64,000 nucleotides of DNA from Mycobacteriales bacterium (GTDB lineage Bacteria; Actinomycetota; Actinomycetes; Mycobacteriales; SCTD01), in the NCBI GenBank assembly GCA_046595815.1, contig JBKJSN010000130.1, positions 1,447 to 65,446 on the forward strand, read 5' to 3'. Position 1 is the first letter of the stretch. Each line of letters begins with the position of its first letter. A model generated the notes under the pieces. That model made no database searches, was not told the DNA's origin, and saw only the letters and a program-made list of their open reading frames with translations. The position numbers and the translations under genes are program-made. Positions 18,873-28,352 of the stretch are shown one piece after another.

Positions 18873-19567
18873 CCCCGCTCCTGGCCGGGCTCGTCGATGA
18901 CGCCGGGCTCTTCCCGCCCTCGTGGTTGCCCATGGACGCGGCGCTCGCCCGGCACCGCGCGTCGAAGCACCCGATGCTCTCCGGGCGCTTCCTGTGCCCG
19001 GCCGACCGAGTGGGCGAGCTGATCGCCGTACTCGTCGGGCCTATCGAGGTGCACCTCATCGGGGACGCGGCCTTCGACCTCCCCACCCACCCTGACGTCA
19101 TCACACGGGGGGTGGAGCTGCGCTCAGGCGTGATGACGCAAGTGGCGTGTTATGTGGAGGGGATCGCGCCGGAGGCCCTTGTCGGGAAGGGGGTGTTCGG
19201 CAAGCTCCGGTGTGGCGGGGTGCGCATCCCCTCGGTCGAGGAGGTTGCCAGCTACATCGCCGAGTGCGCGCGACTTGCCCTGCCCTTCAAGGGAACTGCC
19301 GGGATGCACGCCGCGGTGCGTGGTTGGGAGTCGACCAAGGATGAACCGCACCACGGCTACCTCAACGTTCTGCTGGCCGTCTCGCGGGCGCTGAGAGGCG
19401 GCGACGTCGAGGCGGCGCTTGCCTCCACAGACGCGACATCCCTTGCCGCAGAGGCACTCGCGCTGGACCCGGCCCTCGTCACCGCAACACGCGCGCTCTT
19501 CCACTCCTACGGCTCGTGCGACACAGCACGGCCGATCACCGACGCCGAGAAGCTGGGACTGCTGTGA
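18869..19567 (+). CDS. Uncharacterised protein coupled between hmgA and fahA
   Basis: GC3-rich frame opens at TTG 18869, overlapping the hmgA TGA. An alternative ATG is at 18932. The stop overlaps the fahA GTG (GTGA). I recognise no motif. It is the C-terminal part of track ORF 18080..19567. Confidence 0.55.
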   Translation: MTPLLAGLVDDAGLFPPSWLPMDAALARHRASKHPMLSGRFLCPADRVGELIAVLVGPIEVHLIGDAAFDLPTHPDVITRGVELRSGVMTQVACYVEGIAPEALVGKGVFGKLRCGGVRIPSVEEVASYIAECARLALPFKGTAGMHAAVRGWESTKDEPHHGYLNVLLAVSRALRGGDVEAALASTDATSLAAEALALDPALVTATRALFHSYGSCDTARPITDAEKLGLL

Positions 19568-20649
19568 CCACGTTCGATCGCGAGACCCTCCCGTACGGCG
19601 TGTTCTCGATCGACGGAGGGACCCGTCGCATCGGGGTCGCCGTCGACGACGGAGTGTTGGACCTCGCCGAGCACCTGGACTCATCGTTCGAGGCTGACTC
19701 GCTCAACGGCTTCCTGGCTTCGGGAAAGGCGCAGTGGACCGTCGTACGCGAGCAGGTGCGCACGCTGCTCGACAGGCCGTTGATCCCGGCGGCAGAGGTG
19801 ACGATGCACCTGCCCTTCGAGGTGGCCGACTACGTCGACTTCTACGCCTCCGAGCAGCACGCCACCAACCTCGGCCGGATGTTCCGCCCCGACGGAGAGG
19901 CCTTGCTACCCAACTGGAAGCACCTCCCGGTCGGCTACCACGGCCGCGCCGGCACCGTGGTCGTGAGCGGCACCGACGTACGCCGCCCGCAGGGCTTGCG
20001 CCTGCCAGGACCTGAGTACGGACCGTCGGCCAAGCTCGATGTCGAGGTGGAGCTCGGATTCGTCGTCGGCACGCCGTCGGCCCTGGGGACGCCCGTGCCT
20101 ACGAGCGCGTTCGCCGACCACGTCTTCGGTGTCGTGCTGCTCAACGACTGGAGCGCCCGCGACATCCAGAGCTATGAGTACGTCCCGCTCGGGCCGTTCC
20201 TCGGCAAGTCCTTCGCCACCAGTATCAGCCCGTGGGTGGTGCCGCTGGAGGCCCTGGACCGCGTCCCCGCTCCGCCGCAGGACCCGCCGGTTGCGGACTA
20301 CCTGCGCGTCGAGCAGGACTGGGCCCTGGACCTGACCTTCGAGCTCGCCCTGAACGGCGCAGTGGTCAGCCGCCCGCCGTACCGGGGGATGTACTGGACG
20401 GCACCGCAGATGCTGGCGCATCTCACCGCGAACGGGGCATCGGTGCGCACTGGCGACCTCTACGGCAGCGGGACAGTCAGCGGTGACCTTCCCGAGGAGC
20501 GAGGGTCGTTGATCGAGCTCACTTGGAATGGGCGAGATCCACTGCACGGCAGAGCTTTTCTCGCCGATGGCGACGTCGCCACGATCACGGCCTGCACCGC
20601 GAGTGGGCGCTACCTCGGCACAGTCGCAGGACGGATCACGCCCGCCTGA
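19564..20649 (+). CDS. fahA: Fumarylacetoacetase
   Basis: VTTFDRETLPYGVFS..., ADYVDFYASEQHATNLGRMFR, LPVGYHGRAGTVVVSG and LLNDWSARDIQSYEYVPLGPFLGKSF. Confidence 0.85.
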   Translation: MTTFDRETLPYGVFSIDGGTRRIGVAVDDGVLDLAEHLDSSFEADSLNGFLASGKAQWTVVREQVRTLLDRPLIPAAEVTMHLPFEVADYVDFYASEQHATNLGRMFRPDGEALLPNWKHLPVGYHGRAGTVVVSGTDVRRPQGLRLPGPEYGPSAKLDVEVELGFVVGTPSALGTPVPTSAFADHVFGVVLLNDWSARDIQSYEYVPLGPFLGKSFATSISPWVVPLEALDRVPAPPQDPPVADYLRVEQDWALDLTFELALNGAVVSRPPYRGMYWTAPQMLAHLTANGASVRTGDLYGSGTVSGDLPEERGSLIELTWNGRDPLHGRAFLADGDVATITACTASGRYLGTVAGRITPA

Positions 20650-20719
20650 GAGGGGGCCCGATCGGGCCAGCCCACTTGGGTCATACACGCTGCGTGGCCG
20701 CACACCTACCCTGCGGCAT

Positions 20720-21277
20720 ATGGCGGGCGTACGCGAGTGGTGGACGCGTGGGCGACAACCGGAGACGGCGCCGCGCTCCGAAGGGCTGACCATCGACGGG
20801 AACGCCGTTCATCGGTACGTCGATGAGGCAACGCTTCTCGACCAGCTCGAGTTCTACGTCACTGAGGCCTGGCTCGCCGGCCAACGGACCGTCGCCTTCG
20901 CCGGGCACGAGACGATCAAGGAACTGCGGATGCGTCTCGCCGCGTGGCACATGGAGGGTGCGCTCGAGGCGCACGATGTCACCTGGGCGCTCGGACAGGT
21001 CATCCGAGACGGCATGCCTTCACAGGAGCTCTTCGACGCCCTGCTCGAGAACACGCTGGGCCGCCACGAACCCGGTGACGTCCGCCTCTACAACGAGATG
21101 GTGCCCGCGTTGTGGCAGCGCGGTGCCGTGAGCGGGGCCCTTGTGTTGCAGGAGATGTGGCATACCTACCTGCTTCACAACCCCGTGCCACGGCTGAGCG
21201 TCTACAACAACGATGCGCCGCCGGATCTGCCGCGGCCCCGCGTCGAGGAGAGTTCCCCTACAGACCGAGCGTGCTGA
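20720..21277 (+). CDS. MEDS-domain-like protein (putative sensory/regulatory)
   Basis: Pattern HRYVDEATLLDQLEFYV...RLYNEMVPALWQRG...LQEMWHTYLL resembles MEDS domains (H.VQFY...FGEMV..LW..G). Start uncertain. The 3-prime end overlaps ior by 20 bp, convergent. Confidence 0.45.
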   Translation: MAGVREWWTRGRQPETAPRSEGLTIDGNAVHRYVDEATLLDQLEFYVTEAWLAGQRTVAFAGHETIKELRMRLAAWHMEGALEAHDVTWALGQVIRDGMPSQELFDALLENTLGRHEPGDVRLYNEMVPALWQRGAVSGALVLQEMWHTYLLHNPVPRLSVYNNDAPPDLPRPRVEESSPTDRAC

Positions 21278-24200
21278 TCGACTGCTTGTAGGCCTCGACG
21301 TTGCGGAGCTTGACGTCTTCGAAGCCACGGACAGCCTCCGAAGCACCGGCCCCGATGACCGCGCGGGCGTAGGTATCTGCTGACAGGCCGGCAGTCAGCC
21401 GCTCCACCAGCTCGGTGTGCGAGGCCACCAGCTCGCGCTCGACGACCCGCACGTGGGCGCGGCCGAACGGGTCCAGTGCAGTGCCGCGCAGGAAGCGCGC
21501 CCTGGACGTCGCCTTGAGCATCGGCCGCGACCAGGCACCGAGCTTGAGCTTGCGATCCATCCCCATGGCGCGCAGCGCCGGCGGGTGCAGGTTGTACTTC
21601 ACGTGCGTCGCACCCGGCACCTGCTGCTGGACCTCCTCGAGCAGCTCGGGCCGGGTTAGCAGCCGCGCGACCTCGTACTCGTCCTTGTACGCCCACAGGT
21701 GCGCGATCCCCCGAGCAACCGCCTCGGAGTACGCCGTGTCCGACCCCAGCGCACGTTCGGCCGCCCAGGCACGCTCGACCACGGCGACGTACTCAGCAGC
21801 ACGCTTCGGGCCGCTGTGCTCCACCAACAGCTGGGCCCGTACGGCGGTCAGCCGGCGTGTCTCGCCGGCGAGCGCAGACGCACCCAGGTCGTAGACCTTC
21901 GGCTCCCGAGCAACCGTCGGGGAGACGGTCTGGGCGAAGACATCGGGATCCGCGACCGCAACCCGACCCCACCGGAACGCAGCGATGTTCGCGGCGATCG
22001 CAACGCCGTTGAGCTCGATGGCCTCCTCGATCGCCGCGGCCGGAAAGGGGAGCACGCCGAGCTGGTAAGCAGCGCCGACGAGCAACAAGTTCGCCGGAGC
22101 GGTCGTGCCGAAGATCGCCTCCGAGGCGGCGAGCGCGTCGATCTCGAAGACCTTGACGCAGGTCTCGCGGATCTTGCGTACCTGACCGGCGACATCGGTC
22201 TGCGGCACGGACGGGTCGGCGATCTGTGTCCCGGTCGGGGTCTCCGAAGTGGAGACGACGGCCAGGGTGAAGTCGGACGAGCAGACGACGAGGTTCTTCG
22301 GGTCCGCCGCCACGAGAGCGTCGAAAGCGAGCAGCACGTCCGCCGTACCGTGTCCGACGCGGTTCGCCGGGCCCCTGTCGCCCACCCGCAGGTGCGACGT
22401 CACCGGACCGGCCTTTTGTGACAGGCCGACCTGGTCGAGGCCCGAAAGCCCCTGTGTGTCAAGGGAAGAACGCAGGCCGGCCGTGGCGAGCAACTGGTTC
22501 ACCGTCACGATGCCCGTGCCGCCGATGCCCGCGAGGAAGATGTCGGCCGACGTGGCCAGGACGGGCTCGATCGTGTCCGGGGCGGTGGGCGCCGTCTTGC
22601 GGGCTGGCTTGCTCTTCGACGTCGCCACCTCGACGGTGAGGAAGGACGGGCAGTCGCCCAGCAGGCAGGAGTAGTCGGTGTTGCACGAGGTCTGGTCGAT
22701 GCGCGTCTTGCGGCCGAGCTCGGTCTGAACAGGCTGCACCGACAGGCAGTTCGACTTCACACCGCAGTCGCCGCAGCCCTCGCACGTCGCCTCGTCGATG
22801 ACGACGCGCGTGGTGCGCACCTCCTGCTTGCCGCGCTTGCGGAGCCTCCGCGCCTCGTTGGCGCACTGCTGGTCGTAGATGATCACCGTGACTCCGGGGA
22901 CCTCGCGGAGCTCCTTCTGCACGGCGTCCATCTCGTCGCGGTGCCGCACGGTCACACCAGGAGCGAAGTCCTTGACGCCCCTGTGCTTCTTGGGCTCGTC
23001 GCTCACCACGACGATGCGGTTGACCCGCTCGGCGTGCAGCTTGCGAGTCAGCGCCGGCACGGTGAGCCCGCCCTCGGCGTTCTGCGCGCCCGTCATCGCG
23101 ACGACCTGGTTGTAGAGGATCTTGTAGGTGATGTTCACCCCGGCCGCGACCGCGAACTGCAGCGCCAGCTGGCCGGAGTGGAAGAAGGTCCCGTCACCGA
23201 CGTTCTGGAAGATGTGGTTGACGTCGGTGAACGGCGCCTGACCGATCCACTGGGAGCCCTCCCCGCCCATCTGGGTCAGTCCGAGCACGGCCTGGTCCGG
23301 CCGCTCGGTGAGGGTGACCATCGTGTGGCAGCCGATGCCACCGCCGCCGAGCGAACCCTCAGGCAGCGGCGTCGAGCGGTTGTGCGGGCACCCCGAGCAG
23401 AAGTACGGCGTGCGCTTGACCGGCGAGATCGACAGCTGCGTGCGCGGGCCGGGGCGGCGGGGTGCGAGCTCGGTGCGACCTGCGAAGACCCTGCGCAGCA
23501 CGACGTCCAGACGGTCCGCGGAGACCTGACCGTCGGCGGGCACCAGGAGCCGCCCGTCGAGGTCCTTCTTGCCGAGCACGGCCGGAGCGTTGGGGGCGCC
23601 GTACAGGACGTCCTTGAGCTGGGCCTCCAGGAAGCTGGTCTTCTCCTCGATGACGAGCACCTGCTGCAGCCCGGTCGCGAACTCGCGGACCAGTGCCTCG
23701 CCGAGGGGGTAGGGCATGCCGACGCGCAGTACGCGGACGCCGGCGCGCTCGAGGTCGGTCAGGGACAGCCCGACGTCACGCAGCGCCTGGACGGTCGCGT
23801 CGTAGGCCGTGCCGGTGGCTGCGATCCCGAGCCAGGCGCCGCGGGTCGGGACGGTGATCTCATCCAGCGGGTTCGCGGCGCCGAAGGCCTTGACGGCCTC
23901 CCACCGCGGGCCGACGAGGGCGGCCTCGGCGATGACGCTGTCGCGCGGGTCCTTCATGAGCAGCTGGGTGTAGGTCCAGGGGCGCCCGTTCCACTCGATC
24001 TCCGGGACGACGATGTCGAGGCCCTGGAAGTCGCGGTCCACGGTCCACAGACCGTCCGCGACGTCGGCCAGGACCTTGACCCCGACCCAGCAGCCGGACA
24101 GGCGGCTCAGGGCCACGCCGTAGAGGCCGAAGGAGATGACCTCCTCGCCGTTGCGCGGGGTGAGCACCGGCATGCCGAAACTGGCGAGGGTGCGCTCGGA

Positions 24201-24677
24201 GGTGCAGGGCACGGTGGAGGACTTGGCGCCGGGGTCGTCGCCGGCCATCACCAGGACGCCGCCCTTGGCGTTGGCGCCGTAGGTGTTGCCGTGGCGCAGC
24301 GCGTCGCCGGCGCGGTCGACGCCGGGACCCTTGCCGTACCACATGCCGATCACGCCGTCGGGGCCTTGCGTGCCGGGGATCTGCTGGCTGCCCCAGACCG
24401 CGGTGGCGCCGAGCTCTTCGTTCAAGCCGGGGACCAGGTGCACGCCGTGCTCGGTCTTGAGCTGCGGGAGGCTGTGCAGGAGCTTGTCCAGACCGCCGAG
24501 GGGCGAGCCGGGGTAGCCGGAGACCAGGGTCGAGGTGCGGCCGGCGTCGCGGACGTTCTGCTCGACCAGCAGACGGGCGATGGCCTGCACGCCGGTGAGC
24601 AGCACGGGACGGGCACCGGGCACGTAGCGGTCGGCCGGGGTGTACCGGTAGGCGGGCCGGTCGTCGACAGCGGTCAC
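21258..24677 (-). CDS. Indolepyruvate:ferredoxin oxidoreductase family protein (fused alpha/beta)
   Basis: 1139 aa. Has a TPP-binding region, the 4Fe-4S motif CEGCGDCGVKSNC and a C-terminal IorB-like domain. Confidence 0.85.
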   Translation of the reverse strand: MTAVDDRPAYRYTPADRYVPGARPVLLTGVQAIARLLVEQNVRDAGRTSTLVSGYPGSPLGGLDKLLHSLPQLKTEHGVHLVPGLNEELGATAVWGSQQIPGTQGPDGVIGMWYGKGPGVDRAGDALRHGNTYGANAKGGVLVMAGDDPGAKSSTVPCTSERTLASFGMPVLTPRNGEEVISFGLYGVALSRLSGCWVGVKVLADVADGLWTVDRDFQGLDIVVPEIEWNGRPWTYTQLLMKDPRDSVIAEAALVGPRWEAVKAFGAANPLDEITVPTRGAWLGIAATGTAYDATVQALRDVGLSLTDLERAGVRVLRVGMPYPLGEALVREFATGLQQVLVIEEKTSFLEAQLKDVLYGAPNAPAVLGKKDLDGRLLVPADGQVSADRLDVVLRRVFAGRTELAPRRPGPRTQLSISPVKRTPYFCSGCPHNRSTPLPEGSLGGGGIGCHTMVTLTERPDQAVLGLTQMGGEGSQWIGQAPFTDVNHIFQNVGDGTFFHSGQLALQFAVAAGVNITYKILYNQVVAMTGAQNAEGGLTVPALTRKLHAERVNRIVVVSDEPKKHRGVKDFAPGVTVRHRDEMDAVQKELREVPGVTVIIYDQQCANEARRLRKRGKQEVRTTRVVIDEATCEGCGDCGVKSNCLSVQPVQTELGRKTRIDQTSCNTDYSCLLGDCPSFLTVEVATSKSKPARKTAPTAPDTIEPVLATSADIFLAGIGGTGIVTVNQLLATAGLRSSLDTQGLSGLDQVGLSQKAGPVTSHLRVGDRGPANRVGHGTADVLLAFDALVAADPKNLVVCSSDFTLAVVSTSETPTGTQIADPSVPQTDVAGQVRKIRETCVKVFEIDALAASEAIFGTTAPANLLLVGAAYQLGVLPFPAAAIEEAIELNGVAIAANIAAFRWGRVAVADPDVFAQTVSPTVAREPKVYDLGASALAGETRRLTAVRAQLLVEHSGPKRAAEYVAVVERAWAAERALGSDTAYSEAVARGIAHLWAYKDEYEVARLLTRPELLEEVQQQVPGATHVKYNLHPPALRAMGMDRKLKLGAWSRPMLKATSRARFLRGTALDPFGRAHVRVVERELVASHTELVERLTAGLSADTYARAVIGAGASEAVRGFEDVKLRNVEAYKQSISTLGL

Positions 24678-24922
24678 GTAAGGCTCCTGGCGTGGGGGGA
24701 CACCTCAGGGTCGTGCCCGCTGAGTCCTTCGGTCAACCTTGACCATGTTCGCTGAGCATTCTGCGCAAGTGCGCTGCGTGTCGCAGGTCACATCTGCGCG
24801 GCCTGCTCATCCCCGCCCCCTGTTGTCTGCTCGGTCCGTCGACCAGCGGGCGGCCACACCGCTCGGCCACGCTCAGCCGGCCGCCTGGACCGGCGCGAGG
24901 CCAACGATCTGAGCAGACAACG

Positions 24923-25402
24923 TCAGGAGGGGGAGAGCTGGGCGAGCAGGCGCTGCACGCGGTAGGGCACTCGCGTCTTCAGCACGACCTGGGTCGTGGT
25001 CGAAACCACGCCCGGCGTGGACAGGATCGAGTGCACGACCCGCTGCAGGTCGTCGGTGCTCATCGCCGCGACCCGCACCAGCAGGTCGCCCGTGCTGCCG
25101 GCGACCTCCTCCACGAGCAGCACCGCCGGGTTCTCCTCCAGCGCGGCGCAGGCCTGCTCGATCTCGGCGTGCCGCAGCTGGATCGCCACGATCGCGCTGA
25201 CGCTGAACCCGATGGCCCGTAGGTCGACCGCCCGGTCGTTGGCGCCGAGCACGCCTGCCTTGTGCAGCCGCTCGAGCCGGGCCTGGGCGGTGTTGCGCAC
25301 CACGCCCGCCCGCTCGGCCAGCTCGCTGACCGTCAGCCTCGGGTCGGCGACGAGCGCCTGCAGGATCCGGACGTCGACCGCATCGGGTGTAGCCACCAGC
25401 AC
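24923..25402 (-). CDS. Lrp/AsnC-family transcriptional regulator
   Basis: DVRILQALVADPRLTVSELAERAGVVRNTAQARLERL plus a C-terminal RAM domain. Immediately upstream of ior on the same strand. Confidence 0.8.
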   Translation of the reverse strand: MLVATPDAVDVRILQALVADPRLTVSELAERAGVVRNTAQARLERLHKAGVLGANDRAVDLRAIGFSVSAIVAIQLRHAEIEQACAALEENPAVLLVEEVAGSTGDLLVRVAAMSTDDLQRVVHSILSTPGVVSTTTQVVLKTRVPYRVQRLLAQLSPS

Positions 25403-25405
25403 AGG

Positions 25406-27844
25406 CTAGATCCGGAACGGCCCCTCGACGGTGACCTCGACCGTGGCCACGACATCGGACACCGACCGGGACAGGTGCACGGAGTACGTCCCGCCCTCGA
25501 CCCACCAGCCGGGCTCGCGCGCCGCGACGTCCTGTCCCGCCGGCACCACCGCTGCGTCTCCCAGCCGCTCCTGAAGGCTCTCCCGCTCCGGCCGCCCGGG
25601 GTCCCAGGCCGCGAAGGCGCGGTCGTCGAGCACCAGCCTGGCGACCGCTGTCTCCTGGGGCTCCAGGTGCAACTTCGCGAACGCCTTGAGCTCGCGACGC
25701 GGGCGGGTGAGGGGCCCGGGCGGCGGCTCGACGTAGGCCTGCACGACCTCCGAGCCCGGTCGGGTCCCGGTGTTGGTCACGGCGACCTCGATCGTCGTGC
25801 CGCTGATGCGTGGTTCGCCCCACGCGAAGGTGGTGAAGGAGCCCCCATGCCCGAAGGCCCAGCGCGTCGGCAGGTGGCGGCTGTCGTACCAGCGATACCC
25901 GCTCAGCACGCCCTCCGCGTAGCGGACACCATCGCCCTCCCCCGGAAAGCTCCCGTACGACGGGGAGTGCTCGATCCGGTGCGGCCAGCTCACCGGAAGC
26001 CGGCCCGCGGGCTCGGCGTCCCCCAGCAGGACGTCGGCGATGGCTGCGGCGGCCTCCTCGCCAGCGAGCCACGGGAGCAGCACGGCTGCGGCTTCGTCAG
26101 CACAGGACAGGTCGACGGGGGATCCGGCGACCACCACGACGACGGTGCGCGGATTGACTTCGCAGACCCGACGTACAAGCTCGGCCTGCTCGCCCGGCAG
26201 AACCAGGGTGGTGCGGTCGTGTCCCTCGCTCTCCCAGGTGTCGCTCGTGCCGACGACAACCACGGCGACGTCCGCGGCACCGGCTGCCGACAACGCCCGG
26301 TCCAGCAGACCCTCGGCGGGCGGGAGGTGCCCGAGCTCGACGCCGTGCAGGATGACCGAGGCCTTGGAGGAGTACTCCACGACCACCTCGACCCGCTCGC
26401 CCTCGCTCAGCTCGAGCTCCACGCTGATCTCCTGCGATCCCAAGCCGAACAATCCCGGCCCGGGAGGGGGCGGAGCGGTGACCCCGTCCAGGACGACGGT
26501 GCCTCCCACGCTGACGGTCGCCCGCCCTGCCTGGGTGAGGGTGAAGCGATGAAGGCCGGACGTCGAGGGGGTCAGGAATCCCCTGGCAGTGAAGGAGAAA
26601 CGGTCCGGGTCCAGCCCCTCGACAGGCTCGGTGAACCAGAGCAGGCGCCCGTCGCGCTCCGTCGTCTCGCCGACGACGGCACCGTCGGCGTCCCGGAACG
26701 CGGTCACAAAAGGGATGGCCAACGGCCGCGCTCCGCCGTCGAGGAAACAACCGGGCTCGACCTTGACGTCGAGGCCGCGTGCGAACAGCTCGTCGGCGAG
26801 GGTGCGCACCCGGTGCGGCCTCAGCTGGGCGGACCCGCCGCCCATGACGTGCGCGGTCACGGCATGCGGGCCGATCAGGGCGAGACTTGCACTGCGATGC
26901 AAGGGCAGAAGGCCATCGTTCTCCAGCAGCACGGTCGCCGCTCCTGCCGCCCGACGCGCCACGGCCCGACGACCGGGGTCGTCCTCCGCACGCTCCGGCA
27001 CTTCGCTGTCGTTCCACGCCCCGAGGCAGTCGATGAGGGTCAGCCAGCGACGCACGGCCCCGTCGAGCACCTCCTCCGGCACCCTCTCCTCCAGTCCGGC
27101 GCCAAGGAAGCGAGCCGGCCCGGGCATCTGCAGGTCGACCCCGAGCGCGGCCGAGCGGGGCGACCCCACTCCGAACCAGTCCGTCATCACGACGCCGTCG
27201 AAGCCGAGTTCGTCACGCAGCCAGCCAAGAAGGGCGGGGCTCTCCGTCACCCACGACCCGTTGACCCTGTTGTAGGAGGTCATCACCGCCATCACCCCGG
27301 CCCGGACCGCGTACTCGAAGGGCACGAGGTAGAGCTCACGCAGGGTCCGTTCGTCGACGTCCGAGCTCGACGTGGTGCGAAGGTGCTCCGTCTCGTTGGC
27401 TACGAAGTGCTTGACGGTGGCCGCGACCCCCCGGCTCTGCACCCCGCCGATGTAGGCACCCGCGATGACGCCTGTGAGCAGTGGGTCCTCCGAGAAGCAC
27501 TCGAAGCTGCGGCCGAAGAGCGGGCTGCGCGGCAGGTTGACGGTGGGCGCGAGCAGCACCCGCGCCCCCTTCGTGCGGGCCTCCTCGCCGAGCACCTGAC
27601 CGACCTCCTCGACGAGAGCCGGGTCCCAGGTCGCGCCGAGCGCCGACCCGCAGGGGACGCACAGGGCACTCACCCGACCAGCGCCCAGCAGCGCGGCACC
27701 ACGCGCGCCGTTCGGCCCGTCGGTCACCCGCAGCGTCGGGATGCCGAGCTCCGGGAGACCGGCGACGCTCCAGAAGTCGGCGCCCGCGGTCAGCGACGCT
27801 TTCTGGAGCGGGGTGAGTCGGGCCAGCAATGCGTCGAGGTCCAC
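25406..27844 (-). CDS. Glycoside hydrolase family 3 beta-glucosidase
   Basis: Motifs RVTDGPNG, FGRSFECFSEDPLL, KHFVANETE and VMTDW, plus a C-terminal FnIII-like domain. GTG at 27844 is likelier than the track start at 27934. Confidence 0.85.
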   Translation of the reverse strand: MDLDALLARLTPLQKASLTAGADFWSVAGLPELGIPTLRVTDGPNGARGAALLGAGRVSALCVPCGSALGATWDPALVEEVGQVLGEEARTKGARVLLAPTVNLPRSPLFGRSFECFSEDPLLTGVIAGAYIGGVQSRGVAATVKHFVANETEHLRTTSSSDVDERTLRELYLVPFEYAVRAGVMAVMTSYNRVNGSWVTESPALLGWLRDELGFDGVVMTDWFGVGSPRSAALGVDLQMPGPARFLGAGLEERVPEEVLDGAVRRWLTLIDCLGAWNDSEVPERAEDDPGRRAVARRAAGAATVLLENDGLLPLHRSASLALIGPHAVTAHVMGGGSAQLRPHRVRTLADELFARGLDVKVEPGCFLDGGARPLAIPFVTAFRDADGAVVGETTERDGRLLWFTEPVEGLDPDRFSFTARGFLTPSTSGLHRFTLTQAGRATVSVGGTVVLDGVTAPPPPGPGLFGLGSQEISVELELSEGERVEVVVEYSSKASVILHGVELGHLPPAEGLLDRALSAAGAADVAVVVVGTSDTWESEGHDRTTLVLPGEQAELVRRVCEVNPRTVVVVVAGSPVDLSCADEAAAVLLPWLAGEEAAAAIADVLLGDAEPAGRLPVSWPHRIEHSPSYGSFPGEGDGVRYAEGVLSGYRWYDSRHLPTRWAFGHGGSFTTFAWGEPRISGTTIEVAVTNTGTRPGSEVVQAYVEPPPGPLTRPRRELKAFAKLHLEPQETAVARLVLDDRAFAAWDPGRPERESLQERLGDAAVVPAGQDVAAREPGWWVEGGTYSVHLSRSVSDVVATVEVTVEGPFRI

Positions 27845-27869
27845 CCGCCCATCCTTGCCGGACGTCAGC

Positions 27870-28352
27870 TCAGCTGCACGCTGGCGTCGTGCCTTTCTCG
27901 TGATTGAGCAGCCAGGCCTTGGCGGCCAGCCCACCGCCGTACCCGGTCAGGGAGCCGTTGGCGCCGACGACCCGGTGGCACGGCACGACGATGGACACGG
28001 GGTTGCGCCCATTCGCCAAGCCCACCGCCCTCACGGCCGACGGCCGACCCAGCGCCTGCGCCAACTCGCCGTAACTCCAGGTCTTGCCATACGGAATGGT
28101 GCGCAATGCGGCCCACGCACTCTCTTGGAAGGGTGTCCCGCGTACGGCGAGCGGCAGGTCGAAGTCCTTGAGATCGCCTGCAAAATAGGCCTCAAGCTGC
28201 TCGCGTACGGCGGGCAGCCCGGCCTCAACGACGGGGAGGTCAAGCGAAGGGGCGTGCCGGTGGTCGGCCAGGAACACCCCGGCGAGCACGCCCTCCGACG
28301 CGACGAGCGTGACAGGCCCCACGGGCGAATCGACAACGGTCTTGGTGCGCAT
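27870..28352 (-). CDS. ogt: Methylated-DNA--protein-cysteine methyltransferase
   Basis: 160 aa with the active site IVVPCHRVV. The ATG shares 1 nt with the upstream stop. Confidence 0.85.
   Translation of the reverse strand: MRTKTVVDSPVGPVTLVASEGVLAGVFLADHRHAPSLDLPVVEAGLPAVREQLEAYFAGDLKDFDLPLAVRGTPFQESAWAALRTIPYGKTWSYGELAQALGRPSAVRAVGLANGRNPVSIVVPCHRVVGANGSLTGYGGGLAAKAWLLNHEKGTTPACS

Noticed and set aside
22941-24755. 604-aa plus-strand ORF
   Set aside because: It is antisense to the clearly homologous indolepyruvate oxidoreductase gene. The translation is Arg/Gly/Asp/Val-rich low complexity with no motifs. This is a typical stop-poor shadow frame in GC-rich DNA.
25262-27907. 881-aa plus-strand ORF
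   Set aside because: Shadow ORF opposite the GH3 beta-glucosidase and Lrp genes. No recognisable domains and poor codon-position pattern.
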